The notes under the pieces were generated by a model. That model was not told the DNA's origin, made no database searches, and saw nothing but the letters and a program-made list of their open reading frames with translations. Shown piece after piece: positions 11,488-23,652 of a stretch of DNA of 63,742 nucleotides. A program made the translations under genes and the position numbers. Position 1 is the stretch's first letter; the number at the start of each line of letters is the position of its first letter. Origin of the DNA: Lama glama (Eukaryota); contig CM052816.1 in NCBI GenBank assembly GCA_028534125.1, forward strand, positions 77,068,001 to 77,131,742, in the 5' to 3' direction.

Positions 11488-13251
11488 CTGAAAGATCAAA
11501 ACAAGATATGAAATAACATTTAATAGGAGTATGATTGAATAGTCACAGATAATTAAACTGCTCAATGTCATCGCTCTTTAGCTGGGGGAAATATAGCTCA
11601 CATGTGCATCATAGAATTAGACACCCCGAGAAGTTAGAGGGAATTTAGAAGTCACTTGGTTGATGAAGAAATTAAGCCCTAGATGAATGAAATAACTGGC
11701 TCAACAATAACCAGCATGAACTGATAAATAGTTAAATAAAACAAAAGGATACTTTATTGAACAATCTAACTGGTTTAGAAATCTATAGCAAGGCTGAATA
11801 AAGAAAGAAGACTTTTTGTTCTAAATTTCATATTTCTGGAAATCAAAAATGAAGTTTTCATTTTCCAAGACAGTATTTCATAGTTTATTAAACAGCTATC
11901 AAGTGGGAGCCATCCCATCTCTAGACATTATTGCTTATATCTCAATGCATTGAACTTAAAACACCTCTGGTAAGAAATCACTGAATTCTTTGGATGAGAC
12001 CAGCAACATACTAGGTAGGTACTTAGTGTGAAATAGAATCATCGTGACCAGGTTCCTCGCTCAAGCAAGGAGCCGAGCTGGAGAGACACAACAGACTCAC
12101 ACGAAATAATGAGAGAGTGTGAGTCGAGATAGCTAGGGTCTGTCAAAGAGGAGAGATTCAAACACTGAACAGATGTACCGAGGCCAGTGAGCTCAGAAAC
12201 AGCCCGGAGAGAGGAAGGGCCCTGACAGAGTGACTGAGATCACTGCTAATTCTTGGAGAAGAACAAAGCACCGTGTTTTACTTAAGTGGACGAAACACGA
12301 TCTGGGATTCAAAAGGAACCGTATGTTGCTGAATCAGCTGGCTTCACTTGTTGGTTTGAGGGGTCTAAAGTAAACCGCAAATAGGGCAAAGGTATTAGAA
12401 AGATTAAAACTATTGATAAAATCCACGATACTATCTTTTTATCTTCTTCTTCTTCTTTTTTTAGTTCTTTGGGAATTTCGCCTAGTGATCTGAAACCCTC
12501 TGGCACCTAGTTTAAAAGGTCAGGGGGTTACCTCCTTTGGAGAATAGCATGGAAGGCATCTCCAGTACTGAAAAAAATGTTCCGAAACTGCCACTGTACA
12601 TGTGCGATTTTTCTCACAGGGAGGTAAAAGTGACAGCAATGATGAGATTGAGCGCGTATCAGTTACCAGGCACAGTGATGGGTGCTTTGCATATGTTGTC
12701 TCAGGTCCCACTGTAAAACTGAGATAGTAATTGTTTATAGATAAGGAAACTGAAGCTCAATAAGCTGACACATAGCTATATGGGGTCTAAGTATGGATCT
12801 CTCTAACCCCAAAACCTGTGCTCCCCTTTAATGCACTGTCCCCCACTGTTAAGACATGAACATCTTGCCAAATCAAAGGTCACATAGAATGGAATGTCTG
12901 AGAAGTATGCTGCATGGCTCCCACAGTGTCCTGCCAAGCTCAGGATACAGACGATAAGGATGGGGCTCTGGATGGAGCCACATGAGCTGAGAAGTATCCC
13001 TGGTGTATGCAAGCATGAAGTTCTTCATGTCAGTGGTCCACATGATAGACAGATTCAGGATCCAAGTAAGGCATTATCCTTAGAATTCAGAAGAAAATAT
13101 GAGACAATCCATTGCATGGAAGTGAGATTAACAAGAGTGTCCATAAAATGCAAATTATTAGCCATCAATGGCTATCTACCCAGCCCTTGTGATGTTTTAT
13201 ACATGTGATACTGGGGATGGCTAGAGTACAAACTAAAATCTCAGTATGGAC

Positions 13252-14355
13252 TCCCATGACCTTGGATTTGGCAATGAACTCTTAGATATGACACCAAAAT
13301 CATGAGCAACAAAATAAAAAACAGATAAATTGAACTTCATCAAAATTAAAATTTTTTTCTGCAAAGAACATTCATTCTCAAGAAAGTGAAAAACAACCTA
13401 TGAGATAAAATATTTGCAAATCACTTACCTAGTATCCAGAATACATAAAGAACTCTTACAACTTAACAAAAAGACAACTCAATTAAAAAATGGGCAAAGG
13501 ACTAAAATGTGTATTTCTTCAAAGAAGACATACAGAATGGCCAGCAAGCACATGAAAAAATGCTCAACATCATTAGCCATTAAGGAAATGAAAATCAAAA
13601 CCATAATGAGACACTTTCTTACAATCACGAGGATAGCTATAACTTAAAAAATGGAAATGACAAGCATTGGCGAGGATGTAGAGAGGTTAGAACCCTTGTG
13701 TGCATTGCTGATGGAGATGTAAAATGGCTTCAGCACTGTAGAAAGTATTTTAGGAGTTCCTCAAAGAGTTAAAATAAAATTATCATTTGACCTAGAAATT
13801 CCACTCCTGGGTATGTGTCCCAAAGAACTGAGGGTAGAGACTTAAATACGTGTACATAAATGTTTGTAGCAGCACTATTCACCAATAGCCAAAAGGTGGA
13901 AACAACACAAATGTCCACCAACAGATGAGTGGATGAACAAATTACGGTATGTACCTATGGAGTGTTATTAAATGGAATACTATTCAGCCATAAAAAGGAG
14001 CAAAGAACTGATACATGCTACAAATTAGGTGAACTCTGAAAACATTACACTAAGTGAAAGAAGTCAGATACAAAAGGTCACAAATGGTATAATTCCACTG
14101 ATGTGAAATATCCAGAATAAGTAAATGTACAGAGAGGTAAAGCAGACTGGTGGTTGCCAGGGGCTGAGGGAGGGAGGAATCGGGAGTAACTGCTTAATGG
14201 TTACTGGGTTTCTTTTGGGGGTAATAAAAATGTTTCGGAACTAGATAGATTTTAATCATTACACAACATTCTGAATGTACTAAATGACACTGATTTGTTC
14301 ACTTTAACCATAAAATGATTAATTTTGTGTTATGTGAATTTCACTTCAATACAAA
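13252..14355 (+). mobile_element. LINE-1 3' fragment (L1MB-like; ORF2 C-terminus plus 3' UTR)
   Basis: ORF 13414..13647 is L1 ORF2-like (KELLQLNKK...KHMKKCSTSLAIKEM); typical 3' UTR motifs follow. Confidence 0.9.
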
Positions 14356-14685
14356 TTATTCTTAAATACATGATCATGATAAAAATGTTCAAATAATACA
14401 GAAACTGGGTCCCCACCATCCTACCAACTCCACTCTCACTCCATTGCCAAGTTTTAATCCTGTTTTTCTTGATTTTCTCCTTACACTTGAAAGAAATCCT
14501 ATTGAACTATGCACTCCATTTTATATTTTTTGAAGTACCTGTTATTTTTAAAAAGTGGTAAAGAGGAATAAAACTAAAATGTTAACAGTTATTATTTCTG
14601 GATTGTGAGGTTGAGTGATTTTAATTTTCTTTTTTATGCTTTTTCTGTATTTTGTGAATGTTCTTCAAAAAACATGTATTACGTT

Positions 14686-15138
14686 TGTTTCCAAACGCTA
14701 AGTCATGTGCCCGACCCACAGTGAGGCCAAACAATACCGAAACATTGGAGTTTGGAGCAGAGGAAGGTTTATTGCAGGGCTGAGCAAGGAGAATGAGAGA
14801 CTCCTGTCCCCGCAAAAATCGAGAACCTAAGGGTTTCAGCTGAGCATTCTGAAAGGCCAGTTGAAGGAGGGACGGCCCAGAGTATGTGATCAGCTGTGCA
14901 CAATTCTCTGATTGGTTGATGGTGATCATTTCTAGGCACCAGAAGGTCTGGGGGTTACGTGCTCATGAGCATCAAGTAGTTAATTTCTTCCTTTGGTGGT
15001 GATTTTTAGCATCTCAAACACTCAGCAAACATGCATGAACTACTATTGTTATCTGGGTACCTCAGAGAGGAGCTACAGCAGAAGACATGGGGGAGAGCTC
15101 TGTCTCAGGAAGACCCCATGGGGTCCTTCTCAATTATA
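14686..15138 (-). repeat. 3' LTR of the provirus
   Basis: Preceded on the minus strand by a polypurine tract (plus-strand pyrimidine run, about 15140-15159); AATAAA on the minus strand at 14768-14773. Confidence 0.88.
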
Positions 15139-17118
15139 ATTCTCCCCCCTCCTTTTTTTGATACTCCTCAATCTTGAGGAGAAGATGTGTTGGACAAGAA
15201 GGGAAATGACATTTTGGAGAGAGAGGTTATCCATCAACTTGGCAGAGGAATTCGATTTCATTCTCCAGTCCTGTTTAATCCTTCTTCAATCTTTCAGGGA
15301 ATGGGGTGATGACCTCTCTGGCTACTTCCTGCTGCAATGGGGTATAGTCCCACCTCGATTTGGGGAATTGACACCAAGTTGGAAATATTCCCAAGTTCCA
15401 AGTCCTGGATCTGAGTCTCGTATAATTAAGATTTCATTCCCTGAGGAATTTTAGAGATTAAGCCTGAAAACCAGTCTGGACCTGGAACTCTAGGGGAAAC
15501 TTGTTGCCGGTTGTCTACTTTTATCTGAGTAGGTTTTAATTTTTGATGTAGTATTTACATATATGTGTGTAAAACAAAAGCTATTGGCCAGTATACATGT
15601 CTCCTTTTTTTCTGCTAACATCTGATCTAAAGCAGTTTAGTGTCTAAAAATTTAATAGTTACAAGAGGAGACCTTGAGGTCATAAGGTTGCAGCTGCCAT
15701 CTGCCAGCAGACACTGCTTTGAGAATGGCTGGTGGCATCCCGAGGGTGACACAGCTCAGAAAATTCGAGTTCTCAAAAATATAGGAGTGTGCCTGAAATC
15801 ATGTTCACAATGGCCACCTGGTTTTACCTTGAAAAGATGTATGAAACACAGCTACTCCTCAAGGCCAAAGATGTACAATGCATGTCCAAAAGGCCATAAA
15901 ACAGACTGATTTGGTCAGTAAAGTTTAAGTCGAACCATGAATAAGCCAGAATGACTCCCCAATACCTCAAAATGTACAGATTTCCCCATCGTTTCCCCTT
16001 TTGATTAAATACATCAGTAGAAAGCACTGATGATCAAAATATCTGTCCCTCGATGCTGGGGTGGTGGCTCCCGCCCCAGGTTTAGATCATGTCCCTTGGT
16101 CCTAGGCCTCCTTTACATTTGCCCAGTTATCCACATTCAGGAAAAACTAATCAGATGTCATGAACAGGCTCAGAGGTATGTTAATGGGTAAACACTTCAT
16201 AGGCCATGCATTTGATCACTTATACCCAGTTGTCACACAAGCATCGTACATGTGTGTTTAGCAACAGACTTAAAGAAAGCACTGTTATACATCACAAGTA
16301 GTTACACTCTGACAATTTCAGACAAAACCAAAAAATTGCAGCCATATTCAGTTTACTCAACCCTATGTAATTCATCCTTTTTACTAACAATTTTATAAAA
16401 TCAAAGTTTTCATTAGACTTTTTAATTAAGACATTGTACCCAGCTTAGCAGTATGATTTAAAAGAAACACGTACTTGTCAAAAAGTCCTCTTTACAAGTC
16501 TTGTTGACAAAGAAGCAGCTTTGCAAAGCATCAGCTTAACTGTCTATGAATGAAGAAAGACTTAAAAAGGCGGATTTACAATGTTTTTGACAAAGAAGCT
16601 TAAGATGCTGTGACATACAAGATTAAGACAACAACTAGAATTATGACTGGTAGCCATTTTACCAGGACATATCAAAATTTCAGAAACTTTACTTAGTTTC
16701 TAGAATGGCTGTGTTAATAACATTTATCCATACCGTATAATCTGAGGAGGTTTATCACTCAGTTGACAATGCTTCCCATGTAATTTAACACAGCACCCAA
16801 TCCTAGTTAAATATTTTTCTCTGAGATGACTTAGGGGCCCTCTGACGCAAAAGTTCGTAAAAAATACCAAAAGTTTCACACAATCTGTTAGCAGAAGCAT
16901 TCTATGTAAACTTGTTTTCTTAACAGAGAGGAACCAAATCTAGCCCTGCATCCGCTTACTTTTAGTAACAAAATCCACTTACCTAATTAAGTTTAATCAC
17001 AGCCCAATCATGCACAAAATTCCTTTTTAGGGCTCCCTTTCTATAAACTTTGCACAACTTTCTGTCTCCATATTAGTTTGTCCCTTATTATTTCCCATCT
17101 AGAAATAACCAGCTCTAG

Positions 17119-17259
17119 AGGGGAGAGTATAGCTCAGTGGTAGAGAGTGCTCAGCATGCACAAGGTCCTGGGTTCAATCCTCAATGCCTCCATTAAAATA
17201 TAATAATAATAATAAATAAATAAGCCAAATTGCCCTTCCCTCTTCCTCCCCAAAAGAAA
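17119..17259 (+). mobile_element. tRNA-derived SINE (camelid Vic-1-like) inserted in the provirus
   Basis: A box tagctcagtgg, B box ggttcaatcc, AT-rich tail; 18-bp TSD agaaata(a/g)ccagctctag at 17101-17118 and 17260-17277. Confidence 0.88.
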
Positions 17260-18836
17260 AGAAATAGCCAGCTCTAGGAACAAATCACTTTTTCTTCCCC
17301 TTAACAAACTGCAATTCCATTCCTCATAGCTTTTTTTTTTTTAACTCAAAACACACATCCCACTTTCCTACTGCATACTGAAATGTTTCCCTTATCATTT
17401 TTAGTTACATATTCAAATTATAATTCTCAACTTCTAAAAATCTTTATTTCTAGTGACTATTTCAGTATCTTATTTTGTTTGGGAATGACTGAGCTATTCA
17501 GCTATTCAACTATTCAATAAACTTTCATCATTTAACTAAATTTAGCACAACTCTAAAATTTCAAGTTACCAAATATCTGGAGGAATCATTTTAAGTAGAC
17601 ATTCCTAAAACATAGTTATTTCGAAAGAGTTCACCCAAAAGCTCATACCTCATTTGCATTTAATTCACTTGTAAGAATTTCATCATACCAAGTTAATTTT
17701 TTTCTCTCTGCTGACAAACTCTGCAACAGAGACCACATGAACTTATCGACACTCAGTAACTCTAGGTACAACAGAAGACATGTCCATATTGATTATACCA
17801 ACAAGCTTAAGCTAGCTTTAATATCAGGTATTAATTTAATATTGAATATTTCCTAGATCACGTGAGCCTGAAATTTGTTCTGTTCAGCTTCTTTTACACT
17901 TAGAAGTATTTAATTTATAAGCAGTTACTTTTTAGTCAATTAAATAAAGCTCACCTACAGGTCAATTTTTACATAAAAACGGACAGAACCAGAGAGGTCA
18001 TAGCTTTTATGCTTGAGTTTTTTAAAAAAAACTTCTTTTTTTCCTTGAGAGACCAGGAAGATCATTTACATCTCAAAGATACAAATTCCTCCTCTGCTCT
18101 TACAAAACCCAACCATCGTGGTTATTTTCAGGGATTTTTTTCAGTTCCCAAATACCCATTTCAGTTTAAGGAGATAACAGTAAAAGACTATATATTGCTA
18201 TATCTATACCTATATGTATCTTATTTGCTCACATTCACATGCCTTACTTTCAGCAAAACCAGGAGAGAACAGAATTTGGACTCAGGTACCGACACACTCC
18301 CACAAGATAAAAGCCTAAGCAGTTGCAAAAGGCCCACTTACATGTAATAGGAGAGCCATTAGGGGCTGTTGTTCTCCAGATCTCAGGGAGTGCTGAGCCC
18401 ACACAGTGTTGTAAAAAACATTTTCTTTCATTTATGGGAGCACAGCTGAAGATCTCCCAGCTTTGCAAAATATACCCTAGGGGGACTATAGATGGAACAG
18501 AGCTCTGATCATCCGTACTTGATTATGCACAGCCTGTGTTACCAAATATCAAGCAAACAACAATTCAAAACAGTCTCTGAGGGTCACAGTTCCCTAGCCC
18601 CCAAAAGGAGGATTCCCAACCAATAAATACCCCGTCAATCCAAAAGGGGAGAACCCCAAACAATGCTCCATGAAGCTGAATGAATGAAGCTGAATGAATG
18701 ACCAAGGCTAGTCCTAAAAGGAAAAATCCCATTTGATGCCCTGCCACAAGCAAAGCCAAGGCAATAGGGAAGGATAAACTGGTGTCATCACAGGCTAGCC
18801 TTGTCACTCACCAAAGATGTTTCACCCGGCAGATGC

Positions 18837-18840
<4 letters not shown>

Positions 18841-18878
<38 letters not shown>
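18841..18878 (+). repeat. (AC)19 microsatellite
   Basis: Perfect dinucleotide run inside the ERV leader region. Confidence 0.97.
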
Positions 18879-18880
<2 letters not shown>

Positions 18881-19451
18881 TCTCACAAAGGATCAGGCGG
18901 GGTGTAGCCCCCAAATTCCACTTTCACTCCCAGGTAGAGGCTTCCAGAGTGGTCTGGCTCCCGAATGAGAATGGACACAGAGTATCTCACAGTGAGCCCA
19001 GAATGGCTCGATTCCCAGAAGAGAATGAGCTCAGGTGGAGGAGGTAGAATTTTCTATGCTGTGCTAGCCCCCAAATGATACAAACAAAAACGTAAACAAC
19101 AAATAAGCTATGGTCACCGAGACAGAAAGTCAGAGGAGGTGCAGTCTCAAAATTCCACTTCCACCTCCAGAGGGAAGCCTCCAAACAGATTGGCCCAGCT
19201 CTTGAAAGAGAACCCAACCCAGAGCGGCTCACTGCCCAGCCTGTGCAAGCTGGAGCCACTCACGCCAAGGTGATACCAAATGTGGACCGCAACTCCAAAC
19301 AATTCTTGGCTCCCAAAAGCCTCATGCCCTGGGATGGCCAGCGCCCCAGGAATAGTCCCTCCCAGTTCCCTGGAGCAGAATGAGCTCAGGCAGCTGCTGG
19401 GGACCCAGGGAAGGGGCTGTCCCTGGCTGGGGTTGACCTGCCACGGGCACA

Positions 19452-19472
19452 GACTCCTGGCTGGCTTTGCTA
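19452..19472 (-). other. Primer binding site complementary to the 3' end of tRNA-Arg(ACG), degenerate
   Basis: Plus-strand gactcctggctggctttgcta versus the recalled tRNA-Arg(ACG) 3' end gactcctggctggctcgcca; 4 nt from the LTR end. Confidence 0.8.
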
Positions 19473-19476
19473 GAAT

Positions 19477-19933
19477 TGTTACGAAACATGCATGTCTGCC
19501 ACACAGTGAGGCCAAACAATACTGAAACGTCAGAGTCTGGAGCAGAGAAAGGTTTATCGCAGGGCCCAGCAAGGAGAATGAGACTCCTGCCCAAACAAAC
19601 CCCAAAGTCTTGAAGGGTTTCAGCTGAGCATTTTTAAAGGCCAACTGAGGGAGGGGCGGCCCAGGGCAGGTGATCAGCTGTGCACAATTCTCTGATTGGT
19701 TGATGACGGTTGAAGGTGAACAATCCTTAGGCGCCAGAAGGTCCTGGGGCTACATGCTCACGACCATCAAGTAGTTAACTCTTTCCATCTGGTGATGGTT
19801 TTAGCCTCAGGAAATATGCATAAACTACTATCATCTGGATAGAGAACTCAGAGATGAACTACAGCAGAGGATGTGGGGGAGGGATCTGTCCCCCACAACC
19901 CCAGAAGGCTCCATCCAGTCCTTCTCAGTTATA
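19477..19933 (-). repeat. 5' LTR of the provirus
   Basis: Aligns with 14686-15138; has CCAAT (19695-19699) and TATA-like TTTAAAAA (19631-19638) on the minus strand; followed by the PBS. Confidence 0.88.
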
Positions 19934-21509
19934 CTTTCAGAACCATATACTATGTTAGATTTTAAAAGACATATTCCTTTAAGATATCTGACTCATTTCA
20001 CCATGGTGCCACTTCATAATGCATACTTTAGTCTTCTAAGTCAATCTGCACCAAAAGGCTGGGTCCCTAGTTATCATTCCAGTTACACTACACACGGAAA
20101 ATTAATAAATTAGCATTCTGATTCTTAACAAGTTTGGGCACAGTGAATCATTTATCAGGCTCCACTCACTCAAAGGTAATGAAGTAACTTGGAATTCCTG
20201 AACACTCGAAGCCCACACAAGGTGGTCATTTTCTATTGTTATTTGGCTAGAGATTTTATCTCCTTTGTGAAAAAAATCTCTCAATTCTTTAAAGGCAATA
20301 GGTGTTATTCATCCTCTTTTTAAACCTGTATCTTCCAAGCCTAATTCAGCTGACTAAAGGGAGCTTTGGAAAGACGAAAGGGCAGATCCCTCATGGAACG
20401 GGGGGTGAAATCTTTTTAATAACTGTGGAGCCAGCAGCACCGGAGAAAGCAGGGTGTCTGGAGAATCACCCCACCTCGCCTAGCCCTCCTTCCATCTCCC
20501 CTGTATGGTCATTTGTTGCTGTCAGTCTCACTCTAGATTCAAACTTCCTGGAGGACAGAGGCCGAGGCGTATGCACCTTTGAATGGCCCCTTGTCCCCAG
20601 CACTTGGCACCACGTCTTACCCGTAGCAGGTGTGGGACTCCAAGGACAGCGCAGGATCGCCACGCAGTCTCCAGGGCGTTCACCAACGGCTCGTCCTTCT
20701 GGGGGGGGGTCTCTTCTCCCCACGGCTGCTTTCCTCCCCCTGTGTTTCAGCCCTGGTCGCGGCTGTCCCACTCTGCCCTGTGCTGCCTCCCTGTAGACTG
20801 TGGGCCAAACAAGGTGGGACGAAGTCTTACTCAGCTCGCGGAAACCAAGACTAACACACCTGTCACAGGGCAGACACTCCGTGACTGGTGCTGAATGAGT
20901 GAGTCACCGTGTGTACCAACTCTACTTCTGGAAGCTCTAGAGAGCTACTGTGTGATGCTTCAGACGAAAGGGGAACTCTTTATATTGACATATGCTCTCG
21001 GCGAGCTTCGAGTGACTCAGGTATTTGATAGACAGCAGTCAGAAATGGCTAGGTCAAAAGCAACCTAGGACGGCCTTGGGAAATCGTGGGGAATGCCCGG
21101 GAAAGGCAGACAGGTAAAGGGCCCTTGGAGATTGTTCAGTTCAATCCCAGATGAGGAAACTGAAGTTAAAAAAAGGGGAGTGACTTTCCCAAGGACACAC
21201 AGCCCAACCAGAACCCACTGCTCTGGGCCCTTGGGCCAAGTCTCTATAACACTGTACCACAGTGTGGCCAAAAAGGGCAGGCTTGGAACCAGACAGCCCT
21301 GGGTTTATTCCTGGACGGTCCTCCTACTCTCCCCACCCAGTTTCTCTGTCTGGTCCCAACACTGCTGAAGGAAGTAAACTGCGGTCCATTATGAGATGGC
21401 AGACCACGCAGCCATTAAATATAATGTTATCGCTAGAAGAACATTAAACATCAAAGGTAAAAACTCACATCATGGGTGTGATTGTCTTATTAAGACTGAT
21501 TGTCTTAAT

Positions 21510-21865
21510 AAGTATATATTAAACTTATTAAAGTATATACACTTTACTTGGATATAGTTTAATAATTTAATATATATATACTTTAATAAGAATATATACT
21601 ATAATTTCCTAGTATATATATTATACTACACATAATATATATACTTTATATGATATATACTGTATTAAGTATATATACTGTACAAGTATATTTTATGTAC
21701 TATATAAACTTTATAGTATATATTATAATTTTATATTATAATATGTATTTATGTATTATATTTATATGTTATACATTATATATATTATACTTACATAAAA
21801 TTTATATACTTATATCTTATATTGTAATATATGATCTAATATACTCCCGGTATATATAGTATAAT
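21510..21865. repeat. AT-rich low-complexity, degenerate (TA)n tract
   Basis: Nearly all A/T with tatata motifs. Confidence 0.9.
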
Positions 21866-23579
21866 TTCATTTCTGTAAAAAAAAATCTACACATTCACAT
21901 CTCTGTCTCTGTCTGTACATCCATACACACAAGAGACTAGAAGAAAACACATCTAAATGCTACAGTCATGATCTCTGGCTGACGGAGAGGTGAGCCAGGG
22001 TTGACAGGAAGTGAGTCTTGGCTCTGTCTCACTGGTTGGGAGAAGCTGGTGTCTCAGACCTGGGCCTGGCTGAGAGATTGAGTGGGATGCCCACTGGTTT
22101 AAGTGGGCATTTAGTAGGTACTGCGTTAGATGCAGCAGAAATTGAGACAAGAAGTGCAGGTGAGCAAAAGATGGGATTACTGAGCAAAGCAGGCATGCTT
22201 AGCTGAGAAAGCTGGAAGCAGAAACAAAGACTGGAGGAGAGAAAAACAGGTAAATGCAAGTCTGATCTAGAAAAGGGAAGCTGAGAGGGGGAGCAGCAGA
22301 GCCTGCTCTGAGAACAGAGTCCCTTTTAAGCAGAAGGCACACAGTAAATAGTTGTTGGATCAGATAATGAGACTTCATTAGGGAAGTGAGCTGGGCCAAA
22401 AGCTGGGAGTTGCATGTCTGGGATTCTCTGGGTCTCCTGGAGTTGGGGCCATGGGTCTGTCTGGGAAGCAGAACATTCTGATGGTACAGATCACCCACTC
22501 AGCCCGGCTGTGTCATGCTTAGATTTTAGCAAGTGAGCTCAATAGAATGAGAAGTACAAATACTACGAAAGAGAAGTCCTAATTCCCACCTTTCCGTTCC
22601 CGATTATGGAAGAAACCAACACTCAAACTAGGATTTTTAAGAAACCGTAAAAGTAGCATCTTTTCAAGTGCCCTGAACCAAAATAAATAAATAAACCTGG
22701 AACCAAAGAATATCAGACAGAACTGAGCCACCAGAACTATCAGAGCAAAATCTCCCTTTTATTTCCAAATAGCTTTCCAACAGTTTCAGGGAAGCAGAAA
22801 AATCCTATGGCTATTTCTTGCAAACATTATTTTCAGGAATCCATGGACAGGGATTGTGTGAGTAATTACTACGAGCACATGACTGTAGCCTCTGTTACAA
22901 AGGGAGTACACAGAAAAGAATAAACATAGAAAGAGGAAAATGTAAAACTTAACCAAATACAGGTGAGAGTGGCATAAACTTGTAAACCAACAGGAACTCT
23001 CTCAAGTCTCAAAGGAATAAAGTACCCATAAACATTTTATTGGTGTTAAATGCTTACTGACTTTATTTACGAAGTTGATTTGTGGTAAAATAACTTCACT
23101 GGAGGAGTAGCTAAGTGACAAATACTATTTCTTTACCCATAAACAGCATTTCAGCACTTAGCATTAATCATCTTGCAGGTAATAGCCTCTCCATGAGTGT
23201 GGCTGTGGGACATCACAATTTGTTCTAACCTTGCGGCCAACACTGGTCAGACATCATCCATCCCTACCCAGCAAACACAGAAGGAGCTCCTCTGGTAATG
23301 GCCATGTACCATAGATTGACCATGAAATTCTACAGGAACAGGTCCACTGGCAAGTGCCGTAATGACCAGTGCACTGACCAGGAAAATCAGGGTTAAGGGG
23401 GAACTTAGTTAAATGAGCCACCAAGATCAGGAAGGTCAAGACTAAGGTGGTCATTGCTACTCACCAATTCCAAGTAATTTCCAAAGAAGAATCACCTGTT
23501 CAGCTTTCTCCAAAGCACCAATTACCTTGTTTTTCCCCTTTGTGATTTTTTTTTCTTTACTGTTCTTTCCACATCTTAC

Positions 23580-23652
23580 CTTCACTTTGGTAAGCTCTCA
23601 AGGACAGCAGTGCCAAGAGGAGTGACGTCTGAAAGGCTGCAAAAAGGGCCAT
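23580..23652 (-). CDS. OSMR: OSMR exon 2 coding part (ATG, signal peptide MALFAAFQTSLLLALLSLRAYQSE); the exon begins at 23665 with 13 nt of UTR
   Basis: Hand translation; acceptor ttttcag at 23666-23672, donor G|gtaag at 23579; 73 coding nt, ends in phase 1. Not in the ORF track. Confidence 0.95.

Larger units (their letters stand above)
14686..19933 (-). mobile_element. ERV1-class non-autonomous provirus in OSMR intron 2 (LTR-internal-LTR, about 5.25 kb)
   Basis: Two homologous ~450-bp direct repeats, a PBS next to one and a PPT next to the other. Imperfect 4-bp TSD (cgtt 14682-14685 / cttt 19934-19937). AT-rich interior with no gag/pol ORF. Confidence 0.88.

Noticed and set aside
14621..14929. 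Similar ORFs at 14621..14929 and 19147..19644 suggesting a duplicated gene
   Set aside because: The similarity (AFQNAQLKP / AFKNAQLKP) simply reflects the two LTRs of the provirus.
17119..17195. tRNA gene
   Set aside because: Has A and B boxes but a degenerate cloverleaf, an AT-rich tail and a TSD, so it is a SINE. The same applies at 61.6 and 62.2 kb.
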